Numbered from the stretch's first letter, positions 9,030-19,063 are shown. The stretch is 64,000 bases of DNA from an uncultured Desulfobacterales bacterium (GCA_964578585.1 CAZODM010000001.1:13683-77682); one strand, 5' to 3'. The notes: generated by a model from the sequence alone, not told the origin. Made by a program: numbers and translations.

Positions 9030-9875
9030 CTAATGAACAAGAGGAGAAAAAATAAAGTCATCTCTGATCTTTTTAGGAAAGATACCTTTTTCATAACCTA
9101 TATTATAAAGCTTAATTAAAGCATTTTTGCCTGTCTCTCCTAAATCTATAGTAAAATCATTAACATATAAATTGATATGCTTTAAAATAACATCATCATC
9201 TAACTCTTGAGCATATCGTTTAATAAAAGGCATACACTTATCCTTATTAGAAAAACCATAAAGAACACTAGATTTAATCGCTCTAGAAACTTTTGTTAGT
9301 AACTCATCACCTAACTCTCTTTTAGCTATAATACCTCCTAAAGGAATAACTGAACCTGTAGTGTCTTCCCACCACTTGCCAAGGTCACACACACAAATTA
9401 GCCCTTTTTCTCGATATGTAAATCTAGATTCATGTATGATAACACCAGCATCTACATCTCCACTAGCTACTGCATCAGGTATTTCATTAAAATACATTAT
9501 TTTAGTATGTTCTAATTCTGGTAGCCATAGTTTTAAAAGTAAGTGAGCAGTAGTCCATTTACCAGGTATAGCAATTACTTTGTCCTTAAGCTCCTCTTGG
9601 TTATATTGTCTTTTAGCAACTAAAAGAGGACCACACCCCTTACCTAAAGCAGAACCACTTGGCAAAATGACATATTCATCACTTATATACCCAAACAAAT
9701 GAAATGACACCTTACTTACATCCATTTCCTTTAAAATTACCCTTTTATTAAGCTCCTCAACATCTGCCACTAAATATTTAAAGTTAAAATCATAAGTTAT
9801 TTGGTTATTAATAAGGGCATAAAAAATAAAGGTATCATTTGGACAACCAGAAAAACCTAGTACAAGATTACTCAT
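9030..9875 (-). CDS. mqnD: 1,4-dihydroxy-6-naphthoate synthase (futalosine pathway)
   Basis: The N-terminal GFSGCPNDTFIFYAL motif is characteristic of MqnD rather than MqnA. It overlaps mqnB by 4 nt. Confidence 0.75.
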   Translation of the reverse strand: MSNLVLGFSGCPNDTFIFYALINNQITYDFNFKYLVADVEELNKRVILKEMDVSKVSFHLFGYISDEYVILPSGSALGKGCGPLLVAKRQYNQEELKDKVIAIPGKWTTAHLLLKLWLPELEHTKIMYFNEIPDAVASGDVDAGVIIHESRFTYREKGLICVCDLGKWWEDTTGSVIPLGGIIAKRELGDELLTKVSRAIKSSVLYGFSNKDKCMPFIKRYAQELDDDVILKHINLYVNDFTIDLGETGKNALIKLYNIGYEKGIFPKKIRDDFIFSPLVH

Positions 9876-10492
9876 AGTGACCTCTTAATTATATTGACTA
9901 TATCTGTTAATTGCTTTTTTAAAGCATTTATTGCTCTTTCGAATTCCCATAATTCTATAGGATCACAAACAATATTGCTAACACTTCTTATTTCCAAAAA
10001 AGAAACATTATACATTTTACATACCTTAGCTATAGAGGCACCTTCCATATTCTCTACTTTAGCATTCCACCTACTAGCTAATCTTTCAGCTCGTCTTTTG
10101 TACATAGTAGAACAACACACGGTTACAAAATTCACAGTTAAAAAATCTGATAATCTCTCACCTAATAAAGAGCCTAATTGTGCCCTTAAATCAAAACTTA
10201 AATCCTGAGCACTTAAAATACTTATATCCTCTTCTCTATCCTTAAAACATCTAGCAATGTCTGCAAAAACCTCCTTCTTAGCAATCACAACATCTCCTAT
10301 ACTTAACCCTGAATCAGGATAAGAGCCACATACTCCAAACAATATTACTAATCGAGGACTCTTTCTCTCTAATACCTGGGTCATCTTTATAGCAGCACAG
10401 ACAGGACCAACTCCAACAACATATTTTTCAAATCCTAAAAGAGAGGAAGCCTCCATTTCAAATTCAGTAGGAGAGACTAAAAGAATTTCCAT
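9872..10492 (-). CDS. mqnB: futalosine hydrolase (PNP_UDP_1 nucleosidase fold)
   Basis: 206 aa with a nucleosidase pattern (VVGVGPVCAA, FGVCGSY, ENMEGASIA). Coupled to mqnD. Confidence 0.7.
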   Translation of the reverse strand: MEILLVSPTEFEMEASSLLGFEKYVVGVGPVCAAIKMTQVLERKSPRLVILFGVCGSYPDSGLSIGDVVIAKKEVFADIARCFKDREEDISILSAQDLSFDLRAQLGSLLGERLSDFLTVNFVTVCCSTMYKRRAERLASRWNAKVENMEGASIAKVCKMYNVSFLEIRSVSNIVCDPIELWEFERAINALKKQLTDIVNIIKRSL

Positions 10493-10497
10493 ACTGG

Positions 10498-11310
10498 TTA
10501 AATCCTTGAAAATATCAATTTTAACCCTAACAATATCCCACTTACAAGTACAATACTACCTGCTGCAGGAAGATCCCAATATACAGCAGCCAAAAGTCCA
10601 CCTATTACAGAAACTACTGCGGTTAATATAGCTTTAATAACAGCTAACTTAAAACTAGTTGCCCCAATAAGAGCAGTTGCTGCAGGTATTACCATAAGTG
10701 CTGCAATCAACAAAAGACCTACTACCTTCATACCAATCACCACAGTAACAGCTGAAAGACTCACAAGTACTATATCAAGTAAATGTACTCTTATGCCAGA
10801 AACCATTGCCGTTTCTTGGTCAAAACTTGCATATACTAATTCATTAAAAAATAAAGCTAATACTAAAAGAACTAAGCACGCCAAAATAGCTGCTATTATC
10901 TCTTCTTTAGGACCTATAGTAAGAAGAGAGCCAAAAAAGTAGGAAAGTAAATCCGCATTAAAATCTCCTGCCACAGAGGCAAGAACAATACCTAAAGCCA
11001 TACCTAAACTGCTCAAAATACCAATGCCTGTATCTCCACCAAGGCCTGCTCTATCTTTTAGAAAGACAATTGCAATAGAGGCTAAAAATCCAAAGCCCAA
11101 TGCTACAAAAAGAGGATTCTTATTTACAAGGAGGGCAAGAGCAACACCACCAAATGTAACATGTGCTAAACCATGCCCTATCATAGCTTCACGTCTTAAT
11201 ACCATAAAAAGTCCCAAAACTGCACAACTAATAGATACCAAAAGCCCAGCAATAAGAGCGCGATGCATAAATTCATATGAAAATATCTCCAAAACCCCCA
11301 CAGAAGTCAT
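10498..11310 (-). CDS. ABC-3 family metal (Zn/Mn) transporter permease
   Basis: 270 aa with 8-9 TM segments and a ZnuB/TroC-like sequence (HGLAHVTFGGVALA, FDQETAMVSGI). No cognate ATPase or SBP gene is adjacent. Confidence 0.8.
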   Translation of the reverse strand: MTSVGVLEIFSYEFMHRALIAGLLVSISCAVLGLFMVLRREAMIGHGLAHVTFGGVALALLVNKNPLFVALGFGFLASIAIVFLKDRAGLGGDTGIGILSSLGMALGIVLASVAGDFNADLLSYFFGSLLTIGPKEEIIAAILACLVLLVLALFFNELVYASFDQETAMVSGIRVHLLDIVLVSLSAVTVVIGMKVVGLLLIAALMVIPAATALIGATSFKLAVIKAILTAVVSVIGGLLAAVYWDLPAAGSIVLVSGILLGLKLIFSRI

Positions 11311-11460
11311 CTTTACTCCTCTATTTTGAAATGAAATCTACACCTTTTTATAAACATTACAATAAAACAAAAAACCTCTATATAACATAAAACATTTTTG
11401 GGGTTGTGTTAGTTTTTTATTATGGTAAAATAGTAATTAAATACCAAAAAGGAGCTCTTT

Positions 11461-12126
11461 ATGAAAGATCCAGATATATTAAGGTCTATTAATAATCAAT
11501 CCTTAAAAGGATATAAGCTCGAAACCTGTTTTGGTATAAAAGGTTGCCCCAATAGAGTTACAGAGAGTAAGGAATTAGTAGAAAAAATTAAAGTACTTTT
11601 AGAGTCAAAGCATCTAAAAGAATTCTTAGAAAAAAAACTTAAAAATAAGCTAAGAATACATCATCAATTCAGTATCTCCCTCTCAGATTGTCCTAATGCA
11701 TGTTCTAGGCCTCAAATAGTAGATATTGGTATAATTGGAACAAGCTATCCTGAGATCTCTGACTCTACGTGTAAGACCTGTGGTAACTGTGTTGATACAT
11801 GTGAAGAAGATGCCATACAGCTTCTAGAGTCACCTCCTCTTCCTATTATAGATCCAGAAAAATGCCTTGGGTGTGGACAGTGTGTAAAAAATTGCCCTAC
11901 TAAAACATTAATACAAGGACAAACTGGTTACCGAATATTAATAGGAGGTAAGCTTGGAAGACATCCTCAGCTAGGTTATGAACTTAAGGGGCTATTTTCT
12001 GAACAGAAACTTCTTTTTACAATAGAAAAAATCCTTGATTTTTACATACAAAAAAACAAAAAAGGGGAACGCTTAGGTGAAATCTTAAATAAGATAGGAA
12101 TTAATCAATTACTGAGTCTACTTTAA
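11461..12126 (+). CDS. small sulfite/nitrite-reductase-like protein with ferredoxin insert (alSiR/Dsr-like-protein type)
   Basis: CFGIKGC (C-X5-C) and, about 50 residues later, CPNAC (C-X3-C) resemble the siroheme-[4Fe-4S] motif. These are followed by two C-X2-C-X2-C-X3-C ferredoxin motifs (CKTCGNCVDTC, CLGCGQCVKNCP). Confidence 0.6.
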   Translation: MKDPDILRSINNQSLKGYKLETCFGIKGCPNRVTESKELVEKIKVLLESKHLKEFLEKKLKNKLRIHHQFSISLSDCPNACSRPQIVDIGIIGTSYPEISDSTCKTCGNCVDTCEEDAIQLLESPPLPIIDPEKCLGCGQCVKNCPTKTLIQGQTGYRILIGGKLGRHPQLGYELKGLFSEQKLLFTIEKILDFYIQKNKKGERLGEILNKIGINQLLSLL

Positions 12127-12140
12127 TCTTAGGAGAAATT

Positions 12141-12398
12141 ATGAAGTGCCCTGGACAAGATACAAGATATTGGAAGGCTGATGCAATATTTGAAGTAAAG
12201 TGCCCAAATTGTGGGCACGAGATAGAATTTTTCAAAGATGATACAAAACGTACTTGTCCTAATTGTGGATATCAAATGAAAAATCCAAAGTTAGACTTTG
12301 GGTGTGCCCAGTACTGTCCATATGCTAAACAGTGCCTTGGAGAATTTAAGGCAATGGAGATAAAAGAGATAAGAGAAGTTTTAAAAATAAAAAAATAA
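12141..12398 (+). CDS. Cys-rich zinc-ribbon protein, function unknown
   Basis: 85 aa with CPNCG and CPNCG pairs plus a CAQYCPYAKQC motif. Starts 14 nt after the preceding gene. Confidence 0.6.
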   Translation: MKCPGQDTRYWKADAIFEVKCPNCGHEIEFFKDDTKRTCPNCGYQMKNPKLDFGCAQYCPYAKQCLGEFKAMEIKEIREVLKIKK

Positions 12399-12450
12399 AC
12401 TGCTTAGGTCTTCTTAAAAGGTCATTATTTAAAAAACTGACAAAACTAGA

Positions 12451-12478
12451 TTGCCAACCCAATAAAATTCTTTATAAT
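12451..12478 (+). promoter_or_regulatory. sigma-70-type promoter candidate for rpoZ-dnaJ
   Basis: TTGCCA-N16-TATAAT. It implies a leader of about 130 nt. Confidence 0.4.
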
Positions 12479-12614
12479 ATTCTATTTCTAAAATTTTAGT
12501 TTTATTTTTAGTTATGCTTAGTTCAATTTAGCAGTTTATAAAAATTCTTTAGGTATTATTTTTATAATAAAACGATAATAAGTATAAAAAGACTGATAGC
12601 TTCTGGAGGACATT

Positions 12615-12890
12615 ATGGCAAGAGTTACTGTAGAGGATTGTTTAGTACATGTACCAAGCCGATTTGAACTTGTATATCTAGCAGTAGAAAGGGTGAAACA
12701 GCTTAGAAAAGGAGCTGAGCCATTAGTAAAATGTAAGAATAAAGAGATAGTATTGGCATTACGTGAAATTGCAGCAGGGAAGGTTAGATTTGATAATCTT
12801 GAGGAGCTTGCAAAAGAAGCGGAAGAAAAGAAGGTTTTTAAAACACTTCAACAAGCTGAATTGCTTGATTCAAATAAAAAGAGCAAGTAG
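12615..12890 (+). CDS. rpoZ: RNA polymerase omega subunit
   Basis: [10 protein letters not shown]...[19 protein letters not shown] is the canonical RpoZ N-terminus. Confidence 0.9.
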   Translation: MARVTVEDCLVHVPSRFELVYLAVERVKQLRKGAEPLVKCKNKEIVLALREIAAGKVRFDNLEELAKEAEEKKVFKTLQQAELLDSNKKSK

Positions 12891-12905
12891 AAATAGTGAG
12901 GGCCT

Positions 12906-14045
12906 ATGGCATCTAAAAGAGACTATTACGAAATCCTTGGTGTTTCCAGAGACGCGACTGAAGAAGAGATAAAAAAGGCCTATCGTAAGCTTGCTCTAAA
13001 ATATCATCCAGATAGAAATCCTGGAGACAAAGAAGCAGAAGAACGATTTAAAGAAGCTGCAGAGGCTTATGAAGTATTAAGAGATCCTGAAAAACGTAGA
13101 GCATATGACCTTGGTGGACATGAAGGCGTCGCAGGTACTGGATTTACAGGATTTTCTGGTTACGAAGATATCTTTAGATCTTTTAGTGATCTATTTAGTG
13201 AATTCTTTAACTTTGGTGGTTCTGATAGATATTCTGAATTTTATGAACCCGGAGCAGACATAAGATATGACCTTGCCATAACATTTGAAGAAGCAGCTAA
13301 AGGTACAGAAACAGAAATAGAAGTTAATAGGCTTGTAGTATGTCCTCAGTGTCAAGGCACAGGGCTTTCTGAAAAATCAAAGCGTGTTACATGCCCAACA
13401 TGTAGGGGCACAGGGCAAGTCGTAAGCTCTGGTGGCTTCTTTAGAATAGCAACGGTATGCCCTCAGTGTAATGGAACAGGAGTAATCATTACAGATCCGT
13501 GTAAAAAGTGCAGGGGTGAAGGTAGAATAAGAGCTAAAGAACGGGTTAAGATCAAAATCCCTGCAGGTGTTGATACAGGATCTCGCCTAAGATTAAGAGG
13601 AGAAGGAGATGTTGGATTAAAAGGAGCCCCCTCAGGCGATCTATATATTGTTATACATGTAGAACAACATGAATTTTTTAAAAGAAAAGGGGATGATGTA
13701 TATCTAAAGATTCCTATTTCCATTGCTCAAGCAGCCCTTGGTAGCAAGGTTGAAGTTCCTACTTTAGAGGGACCAAAAACAATAGAGATACCTCCAGGGA
13801 CACAAAATGGGAAGAGATTTAAGATAAAAGGCTTAGGATTTCCTAACCTTAGAGGATATAATAGAGGAGACCAAATTGTTGAGGTTGAAATTCAAATTCC
13901 TAAGGATTTAACACCAAGGCAAAGAGAATTGCTTGAAGAATTTGACCAAATTGAACAAGAAAAACAAAAAGGAGCTAAAGGATTTTTCCACCGAATTTTT
14001 ACTAAACATAAACATCAAAGGCAGAAACATAAAGCAAAACACTAA
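12906..14045 (+). CDS. dnaJ: chaperone DnaJ
   Basis: J-domain with YHPDRNPGD, a G/F region, and four CxxCxGxG zinc motifs. Confidence 0.95.
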   Translation: MASKRDYYEILGVSRDATEEEIKKAYRKLALKYHPDRNPGDKEAEERFKEAAEAYEVLRDPEKRRAYDLGGHEGVAGTGFTGFSGYEDIFRSFSDLFSEFFNFGGSDRYSEFYEPGADIRYDLAITFEEAAKGTETEIEVNRLVVCPQCQGTGLSEKSKRVTCPTCRGTGQVVSSGGFFRIATVCPQCNGTGVIITDPCKKCRGEGRIRAKERVKIKIPAGVDTGSRLRLRGEGDVGLKGAPSGDLYIVIHVEQHEFFKRKGDDVYLKIPISIAQAALGSKVEVPTLEGPKTIEIPPGTQNGKRFKIKGLGFPNLRGYNRGDQIVEVEIQIPKDLTPRQRELLEEFDQIEQEKQKGAKGFFHRIFTKHKHQRQKHKAKH

Positions 14046-14058
14046 TTGGGTCTGAGAA

Positions 14059-14547
14059 ATGAACTCTGATAACTTTACTCATATAGATGAAAAGGGTCGA
14101 GCTAGAATGGTTGATGTAAGCGAAAAGGCTGAAACTGTTCGATTTGCTCAGGCCCAAGCAGAGATAGAGTTAGGTGAAAAGGCTTTTAATCTATTAATTA
14201 AGGGAGAGATTGCAAAGGGAGATGTTTTGGCAGTAGCAAGAGTCGCTGGTATTTTAGCGGCTAAAAAAGTAGATGAGCTAATCCCGCTTTGCCACCCACT
14301 TCCAATACAATTTGTAGAAATAGATTTTACACCAAACCATCACACTCATTCTATAATTATAGAATCAAGAGTAAAATTAAAAGGTGTAACAGGTGTTGAA
14401 ATGGAAGCTCTTACAGCCGTAAGTGTAGCAGCCCTTACTATATATGACATGTGTAAGGCTGTACACAAGGCAATCCGTATAAAAGATATAAAGCTCATTA
14501 AGAAGTCTGGAGGCAAAAGCGGTACTTGGATAAGACAAGGAGGATGA
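14059..14547 (+). CDS. moaC: cyclic pyranopterin monophosphate synthase MoaC
   Basis: THIDEKGRARMVDVSEK...LIPLCHPL...VEMEALTAVSVAALTIYDMCKA. Confidence 0.9.
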   Translation: MNSDNFTHIDEKGRARMVDVSEKAETVRFAQAQAEIELGEKAFNLLIKGEIAKGDVLAVARVAGILAAKKVDELIPLCHPLPIQFVEIDFTPNHHTHSIIIESRVKLKGVTGVEMEALTAVSVAALTIYDMCKAVHKAIRIKDIKLIKKSGGKSGTWIRQGG

Positions 14548-14550
14548 TTT

Positions 14551-14913
14551 ATGGATCAGGCACAACTTGAGTATTTCCGCACTTTACTTCAGAAAAAATT
14601 AGATGAGCTACTTGGAGAAGCCGATAAAACTATTGAGGAAATGACTGATCAAGATGGTCATTATCCAGATCCGACAGACAGGGCCACCATAGAATCTGAT
14701 AGAAGTTTTGAATTACGTATTAGGGATAGAGAAAGAAAACTTATACAAAAGATTAAAAAGGCACTGGAAAGAATAGATGATGGAACATATGGAATCTGTG
14801 AAGAGTGTGGAGAAGATATCGGCTTTAAAAGACTTGAAGCAAGACCTGTAACCACTTTATGCATAAAATGTAAGGAAAGACAAGAAAGGGAAGAAAGAGC
14901 AAGAGGTGAATAG
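14551..14913 (+). CDS. dksA: DksA/TraR family C4 zinc-finger protein
   Basis: Coiled-coil N-terminus and a CEECGEDI...CIKCKE finger. Confidence 0.8.
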   Translation: MDQAQLEYFRTLLQKKLDELLGEADKTIEEMTDQDGHYPDPTDRATIESDRSFELRIRDRERKLIQKIKKALERIDDGTYGICEECGEDIGFKRLEARPVTTLCIKCKERQEREERARGE

Positions 14914-14943
14914 ACATTTTAGTCTAATTTAGGTAGAAAAGAT

Positions 14944-17130
14944 ATGAAATCTCCTTTAAAGGTGCTATTTTTATGGCACATGCACCAACCTTTATATATT
15001 GATCCTTTTCAGAATCGTTTTTGCATGCCATGGGTTAGGCTGCATGCCATAAAAGCGTATTCAGATATGATCGCTATTCTTGAAGAAAATCCAAGCGCTA
15101 GAGTTACTGTTAATTTAGTTCCATCACTTCTTGCTCAAATAGATGCCTACTGTAAAGGCATGAGTGATGACTTTCTAGATATATCAAGAAAACCAGCATC
15201 AGAATTAACCACGGAAGAACAAAATTTTATACTAACTCGTTTTTTTAGCTGCAATTGGCCCACAATGGTATATCCATACCCTCGTTATTCTCAACTTTTA
15301 TCTTTAAGAGGTAAAGAATTAGATCCTACAAATTTAAACTCAATAAGAAATAAATTTTCGCCTCAAGATCTTTTAGATTTACAAGTATGGTTTAACCTTA
15401 CATGGGTAGGTTTTTCTAGTAGAAAAGACCCTTTTATAAAGGGACTTTTTAAAAAAGAGCGGCTTTTTACAGAAGAAGAAAAAAATGAACTCCTAGATTT
15501 TCATCTAAAATTGCTATCGACAGTAACCACACGCTATAAAACACTTTGGGAAAAAGGGCAAATTGAATTATCCACTAGTCCCTTTTATCATCCAATATTA
15601 CCTCTTTTAATAGATACAGATTGTGCTAAAAGGGCTATGCCCCATGTAAATCTTCCGCCTCGATTTCACTATCCCGAAGATGCCAAAGAACATCTTTTAA
15701 AGGCCAAAGAATACTTTAAAGAACACCTGGGTAAAGAACCTATAGGGCTATGGCCATCTGAGGGTTCTGTATCTCCAGAGCTAATCCCTATAATTCAAGA
15801 GACTGGTTTTAAATGGGCTGCTACTGATGAAGAGATATTATTCCATTCTTTAGATCATCATGACGCCACCTCTTTGTTTCAACCCTATAGAGTTGAAGTA
15901 GAAGGTGGGAATATAAATATGATCTTTAGACATCATCGTCTCTCTGATCTAGTTGGTTTTGTATATCAAAAAAATGATCCAAATCAGGCAGTAGAAGATT
16001 TTATTGCTAGACTCTCTGGTATCCAAGATATATGTCAAGGGATGGATAGATCTGCTATTGTTGCAGTTATACTAGATGGAGAAAACCCGTGGGAATATTA
16101 TCCGGATGGTGGAGAAGCCTTTTTAACAAAATTATACGATAAACTTTCTGAGCATCCAGAAATAGATATGATGACTATTTCAGAGGCCATAGAACAGCAT
16201 CCACCTCAAAAGAGCTTAACAAGACTTCATACAGGTTCATGGATAAATCATGATTTTGGTATATGGATTGGAGGAGTAGAAGAAAATAAAGCATGGTCAT
16301 ATCTGGGTAAGGCACGAACTGAATTTGAAAGGATTGTAAAACAAAAAAATGACCTTGACCAAGAAGCAATATCACAGGCCAAAGAAGCTATAATGGCTGC
16401 AGAAGGTAGTGATTGGTTTTGGTGGTATGGAGACCAATTTGTATCTGACTTTGCCTTTGAATTTGATAGACTTTTTAGAGCACACTTACAACATATGTAT
16501 AAATGTCTGGGGCTGTGGATCCCTGAAGATCTAAATATCCCAATAAGAAGAGCACATGAGGTTATTCCAAGTAGAGAACCACGTGGTTTTATTCAACCAG
16601 AAATAGATGGAAAACTCTCACATTATCTAGAGTGGACAGGAAGTGGACTACTAATCTTATCAGATCGGGGTGGAGCAATGCATCAAGGGCAAGCCCTTTT
16701 AAAAGAAATTCGATGGGGCTTTGACCTTGAAAATTTCTATTTAAGACTCGATCCTAGGAATAAAGGTTTTAGTGAATGGGAAGAGGATACTAGTTTATCG
16801 ATAATACAGGAGGCAAAAGAAAAAGAATTTAGATTAATATTAAAACTTATTGAAGAAGCACAAGAAGGAAGTCCTGCAAAATGGGAATTAGAATTTTTTA
16901 TTGATGGTGAAAAAAAAGACCTTAATACCTGTGGAGTTAAATGGGCTGCACATTTTATAGTTGAGATTTCTGTTCCATTTTCTTGCTATAGCATAACACA
17001 AGGAGAGCATCTTAAGGTATATATAGAGGTAGCTAAGGGGGGACTTGTACAAGACAGATGGCCTAGACAAGGCTATATAGTGGTTACAAGACCGGATGAA
17101 GATTATGAACGAAGGATATGGCTTGTGTAA
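14944..17130 (+). CDS. glycoside hydrolase family 57 alpha-glucan enzyme (amylase/glucanotransferase-like)
   Basis: WHMHQPLY N-terminal motif, GLWPSEGSVS, EGSDWFWWYGD. 728 aa. Confidence 0.8.
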   Translation: MKSPLKVLFLWHMHQPLYIDPFQNRFCMPWVRLHAIKAYSDMIAILEENPSARVTVNLVPSLLAQIDAYCKGMSDDFLDISRKPASELTTEEQNFILTRFFSCNWPTMVYPYPRYSQLLSLRGKELDPTNLNSIRNKFSPQDLLDLQVWFNLTWVGFSSRKDPFIKGLFKKERLFTEEEKNELLDFHLKLLSTVTTRYKTLWEKGQIELSTSPFYHPILPLLIDTDCAKRAMPHVNLPPRFHYPEDAKEHLLKAKEYFKEHLGKEPIGLWPSEGSVSPELIPIIQETGFKWAATDEEILFHSLDHHDATSLFQPYRVEVEGGNINMIFRHHRLSDLVGFVYQKNDPNQAVEDFIARLSGIQDICQGMDRSAIVAVILDGENPWEYYPDGGEAFLTKLYDKLSEHPEIDMMTISEAIEQHPPQKSLTRLHTGSWINHDFGIWIGGVEENKAWSYLGKARTEFERIVKQKNDLDQEAISQAKEAIMAAEGSDWFWWYGDQFVSDFAFEFDRLFRAHLQHMYKCLGLWIPEDLNIPIRRAHEVIPSREPRGFIQPEIDGKLSHYLEWTGSGLLILSDRGGAMHQGQALLKEIRWGFDLENFYLRLDPRNKGFSEWEEDTSLSIIQEAKEKEFRLILKLIEEAQEGSPAKWELEFFIDGEKKDLNTCGVKWAAHFIVEISVPFSCYSITQGEHLKVYIEVAKGGLVQDRWPRQGYIVVTRPDEDYERRIWLV

Positions 17131-17157
17131 CTGCATCTAAAAAGGGGGAGGTAATTA

Positions 17158-18162
17158 ATGCCTGAGCTAAGACGGGACCCGATCATAGGACGATGGGTAA
17201 TAATAGCAAAGGAACGCGGTAAAAGACCATCAGACTTTGTAATAGAAAAAGAAAAAACAAAAGGTGGTTTTTGTCCGTTATGTCCAGGCAATGAACACAC
17301 TACACCTCCAGAAGTCCTTGCATATGGGAGAAGTACTTTTGCTCCCAATACCCCTGGTTGGACATTAAGGGTTGTACCTAACAAATTCCCTGCCCTAGTA
17401 GTAGAAGGAGAATTAGATAAACAGGGAGAGGGTATATATGACAAGATGAATGGTATTGGAGCACATGAAGTCATTATAGAAACGCCTAGGCATAATGAAA
17501 CAATGGCTCAAATGAGTCATGATCAACTTATACAAGTGTTTTGGGCATATAGAGATAGGATGGTGGACTTAGCCAAGGACATGCGCTTTAGATATATTAT
17601 TGTATTTAAAAATTTTGGCAGGGCAGCAGGAGCATCCCTTGAACATTCTCACTCTCAGTTAATTGCGCTTCCTATTGTGCCTCAAAGGATAGAAGAAGAA
17701 CTTAAAGGGAGTCAAAGATATTTTGATTATAAAGAACGATGTGTGTATTGTGATATAATTAGGCAAGAAAGATCACAAAATATAAGGATAGTATGTGAAA
17801 ATAGCGAATTTATAGTAATTTGTCCTTATGCTCCAAGAGCACCTTTTGAAATGTGGCTTATGCCCAAAAACCATCAATCTTCTTATACTTCTATGACAGA
17901 TGCTCAATTTCATTCTCTAACTGATATATTCTCAGAAGCAATGAGAAGGCTTGATAAAGCACTGCCTAGAGTTCCGTATAATTATATGCTTCATACTGCA
18001 CCTCTTAGAACACCTCAGTTAGAACATTATCACTGGCACATTGAGATAATGCCTAAATTAACTATGATAGCAGGTTTTGAATGGGGGACGGGCTTTTATA
18101 TAAATCCAACACCTCCGGAGGAATCAGCCAAATTTTTACGAGAGATTGATTTAGAAGAATGA
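17158..18162 (+). CDS. GalT-family (HIT-like) hexose-1-phosphate nucleotidyltransferase/phosphorylase
   Basis: CPLCPGNE zinc site and SLEHSHSQLIALP active-site His motif. Confidence 0.75.
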   Translation: MPELRRDPIIGRWVIIAKERGKRPSDFVIEKEKTKGGFCPLCPGNEHTTPPEVLAYGRSTFAPNTPGWTLRVVPNKFPALVVEGELDKQGEGIYDKMNGIGAHEVIIETPRHNETMAQMSHDQLIQVFWAYRDRMVDLAKDMRFRYIIVFKNFGRAAGASLEHSHSQLIALPIVPQRIEEELKGSQRYFDYKERCVYCDIIRQERSQNIRIVCENSEFIVICPYAPRAPFEMWLMPKNHQSSYTSMTDAQFHSLTDIFSEAMRRLDKALPRVPYNYMLHTAPLRTPQLEHYHWHIEIMPKLTMIAGFEWGTGFYINPTPPEESAKFLREIDLEE

Positions 18163-18241
18163 AATCCATGCAACATATATAAATGATTCTTAAATTAATT
18201 AAAAAGGACGACAATACTACATAAAGAAAGGGGGGCAAAAT

Positions 18242-18613
18242 ATGTCAGAGAAAAAAAAGATATTAGTAGTTGATGACGAAGAAAGTATCCATCTTCTTTA
18301 TAAAGAAGAGTTTGAAGAAGAAGGTTATGAAGTAACCTCTGCTATAAATGGGGAAGAGGCTCTAGATTTGTTTGATAAAATAGAACCTGATTTAGTAATC
18401 TTAGACATTAATATGCCTGGGATGGATGGGATAGAAGTACTTAGAAAAATGAAAGAAAAAAGACCTGATATACCAGTAATTCTAAGCTCTGCATATCCAG
18501 AATATAAGCAAGACTTGGCTTCATGGGCTTCAGACGATTATATTGTGAAATCTTTTAATTTAGATGAATTAAAAGAATCAGTACGTAGACATATAGCTAA
18601 AAAACAAAACTGA
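18242..18613 (+). CDS. single-domain response regulator (CheY-like receiver)
   Basis: ILVVDDEE, DLVILDINMPGMDG, and the conserved K in the YIVKSF motif. Confidence 0.9.
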   Translation: MSEKKKILVVDDEESIHLLYKEEFEEEGYEVTSAINGEEALDLFDKIEPDLVILDINMPGMDGIEVLRKMKEKRPDIPVILSSAYPEYKQDLASWASDDYIVKSFNLDELKESVRRHIAKKQN

Positions 18614-18664
18614 AAGAATTATAATAAAAAAAATTTTTTGTTAAGTGCTTATTTAACGATAAAA

Positions 18665-19015
18665 TTATCGATAGGGTGAACCATGTGTCTCCCAAAAAAG
18701 TGAATGTATTATTTCTTTTATTTTTTGTTGTTGCTCATTAGAAAGTTGTATGAATTGTACTCCTATTCTATAGCGGTATCCTACTTTTTTTACCCATCTT
18801 ACAATAGCTTTAACTTTTAAAGGAGGAACAGAGGTAAGGGTTAAAGTTAATTTAGTACCAGGTTCAAGTGGTTTTAAGGCCTCAATCTGCATTCCTCCTA
18901 CACTAATATCTCTTACATATTCTTTGTGCATTCTTTTACCATCAGAATAAATAACATCGTAGTGAGTAGGTAGACGCTCGGTTCTACGTCGGTTAACAAT
19001 CTTCTCCTTATCCAT
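18665..19015 (-). CDS. PilZ domain protein (c-di-GMP binding type)
   Basis: RRRTERL (RxxxR) and DISVGGM (DxSxxG) motifs. The preferred start is the ATG at 19015 (GGAGG 5 nt upstream); the ORF track starts at TTG 19045. Confidence 0.75.
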   Translation of the reverse strand: MDKEKIVNRRRTERLPTHYDVIYSDGKRMHKEYVRDISVGGMQIEALKPLEPGTKLTLTLTSVPPLKVKAIVRWVKKVGYRYRIGVQFIQLSNEQQQKIKEIIHSLFWETHGSPYR

Positions 19016-19063
19016 ATCAGCCTCCATAACAGGCTTTTCGGCCAAACCATGAAAATCTATTAA

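Noticed and set aside
8798-9094. A 98-aa minus-strand ORF spanning the mqnD-tolQ junction.
   Set aside because: It overlaps the 3' end of mqnD and the 5' end of tolQ in other frames. The sequence is hydrophobic and low-complexity, with no SD.
12763-12972. A 69-aa plus-strand ORF bridging rpoZ and dnaJ.
   Set aside because: It is out of frame within the rpoZ 3' end and the dnaJ 5' end, both of which have strong family signatures.
18621-18650. A-run/T-run palindromes (AAAAAAAATTTTTT) at several gene ends or spacers (also near 25784-25805, 47777-47805, 47934-47956 and 29902-29918), considered as bidirectional terminators or a shared regulator motif (AAAATTTTT-TAGACA occurs twice).
   Set aside because: The stems would be pure A-U with no GC clamp. 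Such runs are expected by chance at this base composition, and two copies of a 10-mer are not significant.
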